Shown in pieces: positions 9,155 to 20,647 of a stretch of 55,093 nt of DNA; the first letter of the stretch is position 1, and every line of letters begins with the position of its first letter. The stretch comes from Prorocentrum cordatum (taxonomy: Eukaryota). The stretch is from the NCBI GenBank assembly GCA_963575745.1, contig CAUYUJ010000184.1:62001-117093 (forward strand). The letters are read 5' to 3'. The notes beneath the pieces are model-generated. The model had not been told where the DNA came from. It saw nothing but the letters and a program-made list of their open reading frames with translations, and did no database searches. Made by a program: the position numbers and the translations under genes.

Positions 9155-10103
9155 TGCCTTCGAGCTGTGGTTAGCTGAACACACTGGCGTGCCACCCGCC
9201 ACACTTTACAAAAGCGGGATACTTCTCGCCCGCTTCCTCGCCACCTTCGGCGTGTGGCTTCATGATGCAGGCTTCCCTCATTATATCCTGGTCCATGCCA
9301 TCTTGGGAATCCAAAGCGCCCATCCGCATTGGAAGGCTTTCCTGACAGAAGCTTGGGACGTAGCGAAGCAATGGAAGCTCGCGGAGCCGCCAAAGCTCCG
9401 TCCCCCCTTGCCACGCGCGCTGCTTCGCGCCATGGTGGGGCTCTGTCTAGCCTGGGACTGGCCTGTGATGGCGGCACTGCTGCTCATGGGCTTTACGATG
9501 TTCCTCAGGCCGGGCGAACTGCTGGCGTCACGCCGCTGTGACTTGTCGCTCCCATGCGACCGTCTCGAAGTTGAAGGGGATGCTTTTCTTTCGATTCTTG
9601 TTCCAAAGACCAGAAGAACGTATCCGACGCAACATGCTCGCTGCTCTGATCGGGGCACGGTGAAGATATTGAATCAAGTGTTTGGGAGGCTAGCTTCCAC
9701 CGATCCTCTCGCCCCCTTCGGCGCGAGCGGCTTCCGTACTCGGTGGAATCATCTGCTTTTGGCTCTGGGCGTCCCTCTTGCCCAAGCCGGTCAGGGGCTC
9801 AACCTGACGCCCGCTTGTCTGCGGGGCTCTGGCGCTACGGACTTCTATATCGCTACAGAAGACGCCCCTCGCGTCTTCTGGCGAGGACGTTGGCGTCAAG
9901 CTTCCAGCGCCGAGCGCTATCTGCAAGCCGCCGCAGCCTCCACAGTCCTTGCTGCGCTGCCCGAGCATGCACGGGCTCGTATCTTGTTCTTCGCCACCGC
10001 CAGCGACCGCCTTGTCGCTTCGTTTCTCCAAGTCGGCCCCGCCGCTTGGCCTGCCCTGCTTGCGGCCGCCCGCCAAAACCTTGTCACTTCGCAAGGTCCT
10101 TGA
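9054..10103 (+). CDS. Tyrosine recombinase (YR)
   Basis: FLRPGE (R), PKT (K), PACLRGSGAT (xxxR), RGRW, ERYLQ (Y). Frame opens after TAG 9051-9053, overlaps the ORF2 end and has no early ATG. Confidence 0.9.
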   Translation, partial: SGCAATPARPPRTPFVRDSHLTPAYLDRRSRSIDAFELWLAEHTGVPPATLYKSGILLARFLATFGVWLHDAGFPHYILVHAILGIQSAHPHWKAFLTEAWDVAKQWKLAEPPKLRPPLPRALLRAMVGLCLAWDWPVMAALLLMGFTMFLRPGELLASRRCDLSLPCDRLEVEGDAFLSILVPKTRRTYPTQHARCSDRGTVKILNQVFGRLASTDPLAPFGASGFRTRWNHLLLALGVPLAQAGQGLNLTPACLRGSGATDFYIATEDAPRVFWRGRWRQASSAERYLQAAAASTVLAALPEHARARILFFATASDRLVASFLQVGPAAWPALLAAARQNLVTSQGP

Positions 10104-10114
10104 GCACGGGTATG

Positions 10115-10518
10115 GCTGCCTCGCCGACCTCGGCGACCAGACGGACTCCACCGTCTGACGCGCGGCGCCCCGGCTTGAGCGCGCGGGACGGGCCTGCCCA
10201 TTTTGGGCCGCCCCGCGCGCGCACGCCGCGGCCGCGCTCGGAGACAGCTCGCTGGCGCGCGAGCGGGAGAATGCTTCTTCTATTCTCTGTGAGCAAGCTC
10301 CTGCTGTCTCCGCAGCTTCTCTGCCCCCCTCCCTCCTCTCCCATTCTAAGGCTGACGGGCGCTGCCTCGCCGACCTCGGCGACCAGACGGACTCCACCGT
10401 CTGACGCGCGGCGCCCCGGCTTGAGCGCGCGGGACGGGCCTGCCCATTTTGGGCCGCCCCGCGCGCGCACGCCGCGGCCGCGCTCGGAGACAGCTCGCTG
10501 GCGCGCGAGCGGGAGAAT
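10115..10518 (+). repeat. 3' terminal B1-A2-spacer-B2 repeat block
   Basis: 158-bp B copies at 10115-10272 and 10361-10518 flank A2 (10272-10326). Confidence 0.95.
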
Positions 10519-10674
10519 CCTTCTCCTCCTCCTCCTCCTCCTCCTCCTCCTCGTCCCCCCCCCGCGTTGCCCTCGTCCTCGCCTCCTCGGCCTCGCGCGC
10601 CGGGCCCCGGGCGCAGGGATTCACGAGGGCGCCTCCCCGGCGAGCCGCCCGCGCCCGTCGGCGGTAGGTGTTCG

Positions 10675-10838
10675 TCGGGTGTTGCTAGAAGTGCCCCTGG
10701 CACAAGGTGCCCCCAGCTTTTCGCTCCGTTTTGGAGCCCCTGAGGCCCTCGGTGCCCCTGGAGGCGTCTGGGCCAGTCCAGGCCACCCCGAGAATCCTGG
10801 GGGCACCTTGGGCCAGGGGTACTTCTAGCAACACCCGA
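10675..10838. mobile_element. MITE, 164 bp, 42-bp TIRs, 5-bp TSD GTTCG
   Basis: 10675-10716 vs reverse complement of 10797-10838 has 2 mismatches; GTTCG at 10670-10674 and 10839-10843. Confidence 0.8.
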
Positions 10839-11456
10839 GTTCGGAGGTTCCCAGGACTCGGGGGCGGCAGAGAGGGGGGTGATGGCTAGGGGGGGGGGGA
10901 TATCTTGGCGGGGGCCATGCTATCTCACCAGATGTCACGGCGCCTCTTCTTATGTCATTACGTCCTCGGCCCCCTCTTAGGCCGCGCACATGCCGCCGGC
11001 CATTATTTGCGCCCCCCCCTCTTGGACGCCCCCCTCTTGCCCGCCCGAAGGATCACCGAGCACGTCCCACTGCTCGCAGAGTGCCTACTCGCAAGCGCTC
11101 GAGCATCACATGTTCGCCTCGATATCACGGATCGCAAGTCGCCCGCGAGGGATCCGGGCCATTGGCGAGTATAGCTCTTTTGCGAGTAGGGGGACGCGCT
11201 TGTCTACAGAAACTTTCGGCCGAAGAAGAACAGCAGTATTACACACTGTTCCTCGTCCTCGTCGTCCTCCTCCTCCTCCTCGTCCTCCTCCTCCTCCTCC
11301 TCCTCCTCCTCGTCAGCCCGACACCCAGCCCGATGCCTCGCCCGACGCCGACGCTCTGCCTGGCGCCCAGCCCGCCTCTCCGAGCGCCTAGTCCCACGCC
11401 CTGCGCTTTCCCCTCGGCCCCCCGCCTGACTTCGTGTGGGAAATCGACTAACTATA

Positions 11457-11641
11457 CAGTCAACCCGCGGAGTGAGGATGAGCAGCTTGTCCTAGGTTAC
11501 CCTTGCCTCCTTGCCCCCCTCGGTCCATCCCTGGCAACTTTCGCTGGCCAGCCCCTTAGTGTACCCTCTTCGAAAAACGTCAACATGGCTTTCCAAGGCC
11601 CTTGCATCCTTATCGTGCATCCTTACTCTGCGGGTTGACTG
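11457..11641. mobile_element. Tc1/mariner-type MITE (TA TSD, CAGTC termini)
   Basis: TA-CAGTCAACCCGCGGAGTGAGGATG ... CATCCTTACTCTGCGGGTTGACTG-TA, 24-bp TIR with 2 mismatches. Confidence 0.75.
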
Positions 11642-12948
11642 TAGAGCTGTGCCCCAAGATTGATGCTCTCGTCGAGTCGTGCGTAGAATATTCGCAGCTC
11701 TGCGAGAATTCTACGCACGTCTCGTGTCTCGACGAGCAAGTCAAGCCAGGGGCAAGCCGATTCTGCGGTCGATCCCCTAAGTCGAGAATGTGCCGATGTC
11801 GAGCGCTCCGCGGAAGCCGCGAGCGTTCCGAGGGCCAGCGCGCACGCCACGGCGGCGAGCAGAGGGCGGTGGCGCAACAGGGGCGTGGGCTCCCAAACAG
11901 GCGGGGGGGGACCTCCGTGGAGGCTCCTGGAGGCTCCCGGAGGGAGGCCTCGTAGAGGATCGACGAGGAAACCTCCGACGCTCCGCGCGGCTTTCGCGGG
12001 TCTGCGCCAGAGCGCCCTGGCGGCGCCCCGCGCCGGAGGAGGGGATCCGCCGCAGATCCAAGACATCCGAGAGGAGGAGGAGGAGGCGGAGGAGGAGGAG
12101 GAGGAGACGGAGGAGGAGGAGGCGGAGGAGGCGGAGGAGGCGGAGGAGGAGGAGGCGGAGGAGGCGGAGGAGGCGGAGGAGGAGGCGGAGGAGGAGGCGG
12201 AGGAGGAGGAGGCGGAGGAGGAGGAGGAGGAGGAGGAGCCGGGATGCCGGACCCCCCTCGGCGGATAGTGACAACGTTGCGACGGGATCGTGTTGGCCAT
12301 CTCTCGGCCTCTGGGGGCCCTCGCCAGGCCGCCAGTGGCGACAGACCGGTCGCCCCGGATCGTCGTCTCGAGGAGGCGCCCGATGTTGCCGGACGCCCCG
12401 CGTGCCCGGCGCCCCCGGGCACGGGGGGTGCAGCGGATCGCCGCTCTCTCGGCCCTCGACGCCGTCTTGCAGCGACGACCGGGAGGTGTGGAACGACGGG
12501 CGGGGGAAGTACAAGGGGTGCGGCTACCGCTACCCCCTGAGGAGCGAGCAGGACCAATCAGCACAGGGCAGAGGCTTCCCACGGTTCGCGCAGAGTTGTT
12601 GGGTCGGCGCTGGATCCCCCTCCCTGGCGCGCGGAGCGCGCCCGGGGCGGCGCCCGGGGCGGCCGCCTCTGGGGGGTCCAGCGCCGATCCAAGGCACCCG
12701 CGCGGAGCTCGGAAAGCTGTCGTGTCTGTGCAGCCTCCAGCTGCCCTTCGAGGAGCAAGCTGCTGGAGGACTCCCAGACGCTGACGGCGAAGCTGCTGAG
12801 CCCCCTGATCCAGCAGGAGCTGCGGCGGCTCGAGGAGTCCCGCTGGCTCGGCACGCCCAGCCGCGGCCTCGGAAGCACGGAGCCGGAGCTGCTCAAGGGC
12901 CAGGCCGCCTCGCAGCCATCGGAGAAGACAAGACGGCACAAGCATATA

Positions 12949-13676
12949 CAGTCGGGGCGTTGACCTAAGGAACCCTAAATAAGGAACGAGGCCCCCTTTT
13001 CCCATAATCTAACCTTCGACTTGCAACCAAAAACTTCAGGAAAACATTGGGCAAGGTGTGAAACAATCAAGGAACACCGAGCCCCTCCCCAACGAAAAGG
13101 GTTCCTTCTTCAGGGCCCCGGCTGTAGGCCTTCGGAGCTCCATGCGGACCTCCCGGATCGGCGCTGGAGCCCCTCGCGGGCGCGCGGAGCGAGCCAGGGG
13201 GGGGCGGCGGCGGGGGCGCCATCTATTGGCAGCGCGCACAAGGGGGTGGGGGAGGGGGGAAGGCTTCTTAGAAGAAGCAGGGGTGCTTCTAAGAAGCCTT
13301 CCCCCCTCCCCCTACCCCCTTCTGCGCGTGGCCAGATCTACGCAGATTTTCGGATCTCCTCCAGATTTCTGGGAGCGGCACTGCACCCCCCGGTGGCGCC
13401 TCCGGCGCCGCCCCTGGCGCGCTCCGCGCTCCAGGGAGAGGGCTCCAGCGACGACCCAGGAAGTCTGAGGGGAGGTTCATGGCTTGCGGGGTGGGACGAC
13501 ATACAGTCGGGGAAGAAGGAACCCTTTTCGTTGGGGAGGGGCTCCGTGCTCCTCGATTGCTTCACAGTTTGCCCCAGGTTTCCCTTATGTTCTCGATCGG
13601 AACTCGAAGTTTAGCTTATCGAAAAAAAAGGGGCCTCGTTCCTTATTTAGGGTTCCTTAGGTCAACGCCCCGACTG
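12949..13676. mobile_element. Foldback/composite MITE: two inverted ~175-bp CAGTCGGGG-ended units around a palindromic spacer
   Basis: ~47-bp perfect outer IR CAGTCGGGGCGTTGACCTAAGGAACCCTAAATAAGGAACGAGGCCCC with TA flanks; units 12949-13124 and 13504-13676; central hairpin ~13250-13311. Confidence 0.75.
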
Positions 13677-13882
13677 TACCCCGATACCCACCGCGCGAGG
13701 AGCCGGACGTACTAAAACCCCAGCGGGCCACCGCCTGCTGAGGCCCCCGCAGCCCGACCCCCCCCCCCCGGCCGTGGCCAGGGACATGAGCCCTTGCCTT
13801 CGGTCGGGCGTGCCCCCCTACAGGGGAACGGTCGACGAAAAACAGCAAAATACCCAAAACCAACCCCCAAATGCCAAAACAC

Positions 13883-14099
13883 TAGTCGAAGCAAGCAGCT
13901 GCCAGATCACTCTTTGACTATGTGTTTGAATACTCCTCCTCGGCTATTTCTTTGGATACTCCTCCCGTAGAGGGACGTGCCCGACTTACAAAATAGTCGA
14001 AACAAGTAGCTGCCAGATCAATTTTTGACTATTTTTGAATACGCCTCCTCGACTTTTTTATTTTTTTGGATGCTCCTCCCGTGGAGGGACGGGCCCGAC
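13883..14099 (+). repeat. Tandem duplication, two ~105-bp diverged units
   Basis: TAGTCGAA.CAAG.AGCTGCCAGATCA...GAGGGACG.GCCCGAC occurs twice. Confidence 0.7.
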
Positions 14100-14320
14100 G
14101 TAGCCCTCGCCCCGACAGTGCCCGTGCCGCCTTCTCTTCCGAGCCGGCGGTGCTCGAGCGGGCGCCGGCGGGACCCCGCCCCCACGCGCGGCGCGCCTCC
14201 GACCCCAACACGGCCGGCGCCGCGCCCCTCGGGTGGCCGCCGCGCGCCGGGTGGTGAGAGCGGCCCCGCGGCGGGCGGGCCGGGCGAGCCAGCTGCCCGG
14301 GGCGGCCCGGGGCGGCCCGC

Positions 14321-14855
14321 CTCTCCTCCTCCTCCTCCTCCTCCTCCTCCTCTCCTCCTCCTCCTCCTCCTCCTCCTCCTCTTCTCCCCCTCCTTCCTCC
14401 TCTCCTCCTCCTCCCTCCTCCTCCTCCTCCTCCTTCCTCCCTCCCTCCTCATCCGCCTCCTCCCTCCTCCTCCTCCTCCTCCTCCTCCCTCCTCCTCCTC
14501 CTCCCCTCCTCCTCCTCCTCCTCCTCCTCCTCCTCCTCCTCCTCCTCCTCCTCCTCCTCCTCCTCCTCTTTCTCCCCCTCCTCCTCCTCCTCCTCCTCCC
14601 TCCTCCTCCTCCTCTCCTCCTTTCTCCCCCTCCCTCTCCTCTCTCCTCCTCCTCCTCCTCCTCCTCCTCCTCCTCCTCCTCCTCCTCCTCCTCCTCCTCC
14701 TCCTCGCCTCCTCCCTCCTCCTCCTCCTCCTCCTCCTCCTCCTCCTCCTCCTCTTCCTCCTCGTCCTCTTCTCCCTCCTCCTCCTCCTCCTCTCCTCTTC
14801 CTCTTCCTCTTCCTTCTCCTCCTCCTCCTCCCCCTCCTCGTCCTCCTCCTCCTCG

Positions 14856-14887
<32 letters not shown>

Positions 14888-14933
14888 CTCCTCCTCTTCC
14901 TCCTCCTCCTCCTGATCCTCCTCCTCCTCCTCC
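14321..14933. repeat. (CCT)n microsatellite; similar tracts at 423-631, 12070-12238, 18770-19050, 29320-29660, 47307-47685, 48790-49323, 51842-51920, 53776-53888
   Basis: Direct observation. Confidence 0.95.
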
Positions 14934-15325
14934 TGAGACGCCGCGGTGGGCCGGGCTCCCTCTGCTTTTCCACCCGTATTTTTCGGGGGGAGGGGGGGGG
15001 TAATTAGAGGAAGTGGGGTGCGCCGAAAGGGTGCTTGCCCATCGCCCGTGGTAGGGACGACGCCCAGGGTTCCCTCGCAGCTCTCTTGGGACGTTCGTGG
15101 AGGTTCACCGGGTCCCAGGTGCCCGGGGGTGGACAGACCTCCTGCCCTGACACGTCGATTAGCGAGTTGGCCGTGTTCGGTTCGCGAGAGGGCGTCGCGG
15201 CCGTCGTGTTTGCGGTTCCAGGTCCGTCGGTTTCGGTCCCAGGCCGTTTCCACTAAAGGGAGGTTTACTACAGGGAGTTTTGTCCACCGCCGATGGTGTT
15301 CCGGCGGCGTTGCCGCGCAAGTCAT

Positions 15326-15911
<586 letters not shown>

Positions 15912-16102
15912 GTTTGTGTGTATATCTCTGTGTGTGTGCGGGCCAGGAGAAGGCGTGGGAGGAATGAGGAGGAGGAGGAGGAGGACGAAGAGGAGGAGGA
16001 GGATGAGGCGGAGGAGGAGGAGGCGGAGGAGGAGGAGGCGAAGTGAGGAGTGAGGAGTGAGGAGTGAGGAGGCGGAGGAGGAGGAAGAAGGAGGAGGAGG
16101 AA

Positions 16103-17785
16103 GACCAGAGTGAGCCCAAGACTCATCAACGATGCTGGAATAAACCCTCCCTACGAGCTCCCCCTTCGTAGGCCCCATACACGGGTTCATTTCCAGTGAG
16201 AGAAGGACCCCGTTGGGAGACAACCGATTGAGCATCCTGAAGCATGCCACAGCACCGTTCTCGCGACTTCAACGCCACGACTGAACCTGGCTATTGCGTC
16301 TTGACGATCCCGAGGCGCGCCAGAATGCCATTCTTTGGACTCCAACACCGCGAATCAACGTAATGGTTGAGCCCCAGCAATCCTGAATCGCTCCAACATG
16401 CTATTTCTGGTACGTTGACCATGAGAAGCGCGACAGTCTTGCAAATGTTTAAGACGGGCGTACGCGGCGCAGAGGCGAGAGCCACATTTTGAAAGTGGCC
16501 CGCCCTCAATCCGTGAAGCTCTTGAACCTTGTTTTCAGACTAATGCGCGCGGCGCTGAGGCGAGAACCACATTGAAAACCACCCATCCTCAATCCGTGAG
16601 CAATTGGTGTAACGCATGTGCGCAGCGCTAAGGCGAGAGCCACATGTTGAACAGCGCCTGCCCTCCGTGTGTGAAACTGTTGCTGTCTAAACTTCAGGAT
16701 CAAATCTGCTAAGGAAGTCTCAGGCGAATCGCTTGGCCCGCCCTTCCGACGGGCCTCGGAATGCGACAGGGAGGAGTTAACTATTTGTCAGGAAAAGCGA
16801 TGGAGAAGGAGGAGGAGGAAGAGGAGGAGGAGGATGAGGAGGAGGAGCAGGATGACAAGGGGGAGGAGGAGGGAGAGGAATGGGAGAGATGATGAGTGGG
16901 CGGAGGACTTTCTGACGATGAGAAGGAGGAGGGGGGAGGGGGAGCGGGAGAGGGGGAGGGGGAGTGGAAGGGGGAGGCGGAGGGGGAGGAGGAGGAGGAG
17001 GAGGAGGAGGAGGAGGAGGAGGAGGAGGAGGAAGAGCAGGAGAAGGATGAGGAAGGAGGAGGAGGAGGAGGAGCAGGAGCAGGAGGAGGAGGAGGAGGAG
17101 GAGGAGGAGGACCAGTGTAAGCCCAAGAGGCATCCACGATGTTAGAATAAACCCTCCCTCCAAGCTCCCTCTTCACATGCCCCTACGGCGGTTCATTTCC
17201 ACTGCGGGAACTGCCTCTTTGGAAGACAACCGTTTGGAGACCCTGAAGCCACAACATTGCTCTTGCGGTTCCAATGCCACGGATCAACCTGACTGTTGCG
17301 TCTTGACGATCCTGAATCGTGCCAGACCGCAATCTTTGGGACTTCAACACCGCGAAACAACGTACCTGTTGCACCCATCATAATCCTGAGTGGTTACACC
17401 ATTTCTGTTACGCTGATCATGGGAACCTGTGAAACCCTTGATTGTTTTTTTAACGAATGTGCGCGGCGCTAAGGCGAGAGCCACATGTTGGTCAGGAACC
17501 GCCCTCAATCCGTGAAATTCGTGCAATTATATAAACAATGATTGTTCGCGGCGCTAAGGCGAGAGCCACATTTTGAAAACGACCCGCCCTGAATACATAC
17601 ATGTCTTGCACAGTTCGAAAACGAATGTGCGCGTCGCGAAGGCGAGATCCACATGTTGATAACGACCTGCTCTCCATCGGTGAAGCTGTTTCCAATGTGT
17701 AAGCTTCAGGGTCATAACTGGTGAGAAAGTCTCAGGCGAAACGCCCGGCCCGCCCTAAAAACTGGCCTCGGGGTGCGACAGGGGG
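16103..17785 (+). repeat. Two diverged copies of a ~670-bp repeat (~16103-16770 and ~17110-17785), each after a (GGA)n tract and carrying ~80-bp subrepeats
   Basis: Shared start GACCAG.GT.AGCCCAAGA..CATC.ACGATG.T.GAATAAACCCTCCCT; motif GCGGCGCTAAGGCGAGAGCCACAT about 3 times per copy. Confidence 0.75.
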
Positions 17786-19629
17786 AAATCATCAAATAAA
17801 AGGAAATGGAATGGAGGAGGAGGAGGAGGAGGAGGAGCAGGAGCAAGAGGAGGAGGAGGAGGAACAGCAAGAGGAGGAGGAGGAGGAGGAGGAGGAGGAG
17901 GAGGAGGAGGCGGAGGGTCAGGAGGCAAAAACGCTTCGGCACTCGAGGGCGGAGAAGAATGAGGCACGGGTGTTCTTTCTTTCCCTTACTTGCCTGATCA
18001 TGCCAGCTGTTGTGCTACGCTGCACTTTTGCACACCGCTGTCATGATCGGGACGCAGCTGATGCGATACAGCTTTAACGCTCAGCTGCCTTGCAGTGCTG
18101 AGGATTTGAGGAGTAAAAGGGTGACAGGTTCTTTTCTCCTTTTCCCGACTCCTGCCCTTGCGGGCGGGATTTGGGACGGGGGGTGTGAATAGAACCCGTA
18201 TAATACCCTCATATATACTCCTTATCCTCACTCTCCTGCGCTTGGCCGTTTGGGCTCAGGTATTGGATTATATCGATCATACCTTTGATCGTGCAGGAGG
18301 AAAAGATATCCATCTTTCCCTCCTTTCCTCTACCAGCGGATCAGGGGTTCTGTACCTTTGTACTTCAACCCCATACACCAGAGGCGGGGGCCTACGCGGG
18401 ACAAAAGGAGCGTGGGTGGTAGGCTCTTCGGGCAGGCTCACTGTGAGCTCCCGTGTCTGGCCTCGTATTCGGCGTGAGCGGCCACCAGCTTTTGGAACCC
18501 GTGGGCGCGTTCTGGCCGCTGCGCGCGCGAGCACAGGGGGGCACCCGTTGCCGGGGGGTGGGGGGGGGGGGCGGCGGCGGATGGCACAGTTGGGCGCATG
18601 TTTCGGCAGGGAAATCCGGACCCTGCCTTCGCAGATTCCCAGACGCCGCCCCAGCCTCGGGGTGCTCTCCCGCTTCTGAGCACTCGCCTCGCCGCGAGCA
18701 CTCACTCCTGGTGGGGGTGCCTGGATCGCTCCGCACGGCCGCTGGAGGGTGAACGCCGACAGGGGCTCCCTCCCTCCTCCTCCTCCTCCTCCTCCTCCTC
18801 CTCCTCATCCTCCTCCTCCCTCCCTCCCTCCCTCCCTCCCTCCCTCCCCTCCCTCCCTCCCTCCCCTCCCTCCCTCTCCTCCTCCTCCTCCTCCTCCTCC
18901 TTCTCCTCCCTCCTCCACCTCCACCTCATCCTCGTCCCTCCTCCTCCTCCTCCCTCCTCCTCCTCCTCTCTTCCTCTTCCTCCTCCTCCTCCTCCTTTTC
19001 CTCCTCCTCCTCCTCCTCCTCCTCCTCCTCCTCCTCCTCCTCCTCCTCCTCCCCCCCGCCCGTGAGCAGACGGGTCTTGGGGAACACGCGTTAGCTGGAG
19101 GTTTTCCCCCGTTCTCGGGCTCCCAGGGCCCCCCCCCCCTTCCCGGGGTCCGAGGCTCTTCGGCGGCGAAGTCCCGGCCCTGCCCTCGCCGATCGACGGT
19201 TCGCTTTGCTCTTCGCCATTTCGGCGCTGCAAGTGGACCTGGTGCTCTTGGTCGCCCGCATCTGAAGCGCAGTGTAGCCCGCTCCTTCGCTCTTACATGG
19301 TAATTTAGGCCTCAGCTGGTTGGCAATTCCCTGACGGCGCCTGGCACCCCTGCGCGCTCGCGAACAACAAATCCCCACCAGCCCGCCCATTCAGAAATCC
19401 TGCCGATGCGAGCTGAAGGTGAAAGCGACGAAGAGACACGTTCGGTGAAACAAAGTGGGCAACCAGTGGGTAAACAGGGAGATCTCTGGGATCAGCGGGG
19501 GTGGCCTTGGGGGGGGCTCTTCGGGCCATCCCCGCGTGCAGGCGAGGGGAGGAGGAAGTGGAGGAGGAAGTGGAGGAGGAGGAGGAGGAAGAGGAGGAGG
19601 AGAACGGGGGCGAGGACATAGACCTCAAA

Positions 19630-20200
19630 ATCGCCCCTTTGATCCCTCTTGGGGCTCTTTTTGGGGGTATTTGGGGTCATATTGGGGCTCCTCTGGGGTG
19701 TATTGGGGCCCTGTTGGGGCAATTTTGGGGCCACCTGGGGAGCCCTGGAGGGCCTCCAGGGAGGCTATCGATCAAATGGGGGGTCCCGGCCCAGGTCCCC
19801 CCCTCTGGGGCCTTCAAAATAGTTTTTTTAGTCCCTCTTGGGGCGGTCTTCGAGCGCTCTTGGGGCTCTTGGGGCCGTCTGAAGGGCATCTTGGGCTCCT
19901 GTCGGGCCTCTTTTGGGCCTTTTTGTGGCAACCTCGAGGCCCCAACGCGCATCGGAAACAAACGTGCAAAAAAATACGAGTCACTGAGTTCCCTTAGGTA
20001 TTGGAAGGATTTTGGCCTCTTGGGGGTGTTCCGCGGATGCTCCGGGAGCAAGTGGGCCTCTTTTGGATCGGTCTTCGGGTTTCTTCGAGCATGTTGGAAA
20101 CCATCTTGAGCCATCTTCGGTTATCGGGAGCAATATTGGAGGCCATCTTGGAACATCGGGGGCAATCTTGGAAGCATCTTGGGCCATCTTGGACGCACTT
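19630..20200. repeat. Degenerate ~11-bp satellite (GGGCC.TCTTG-like); also ~23530-24060 and 46073-46178
   Basis: Recurrent GGCCTCTTGG/GGCCGTCTTGG/GCCATCTTGG units. Confidence 0.75.
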
Positions 20201-20562
20201 ACCCTTCGCGGCCCCCGGAAGAATAACACATATAAAAAACATCAGGGAGGGGAGGGGGGAGGGTACCTCTCCCCGACAGGAAGAGGATTTTGGAAGAGGA
20301 AACAACCACGGCGTTAAGTTCACCTACGCCCAGAGGGCTGGTGAGACTCGACGGGAGGAGTAAGCCGCAGGAACATACACATTCGGAGGTTCTCGCGACT
20401 CGAAGAGCAACAAGCTGCATGAACACACGTTTTCGGAGGTCCTCGCGGACTTCTTGGTTTGGTAGCGGACCTCTGACAGTTTGTGCTTATGTAGTTGCTC
20501 CGACTTTTACTCATGACCCCCTTCGCAAGATGCCTGCCAGGATATATTCAGGGTCTCGGAGT

Positions 20563-20569
20563 ACACACG

Positions 20570-20600
<31 letters not shown>

Positions 20601-20616
20601 ACACGCACGCACGGCG

Positions 20617-20647
<31 letters not shown>

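Larger units (their letters stand above)
632..10518 (+). mobile_element. Tyrosine-recombinase retrotransposon (DIRS order, split-direct-repeat Ngaro/PAT-like architecture), apparently full length
   Basis: Repeat A at 632-686 and 10272-10326; repeat B at 10115-10272 and 10361-10518 (A1..B1A2B2). ORFs in gag-like, RT-RNaseH, YR order. No TSD; (CCT)n on both flanks. Confidence 0.92.

Noticed and set aside
9808..9840. YR box II reads PACLR, lacking the His of HxxR
   Set aside because: This His is variable among tyrosine recombinases and the other catalytic residues are present, so it is not evidence of inactivation.
16455..17660. Regularly spaced ~25-bp repeats resembling a CRISPR array
   Set aside because: The repeats are degenerate, the spacers are related to each other, there are no cas genes and the context is eukaryotic.
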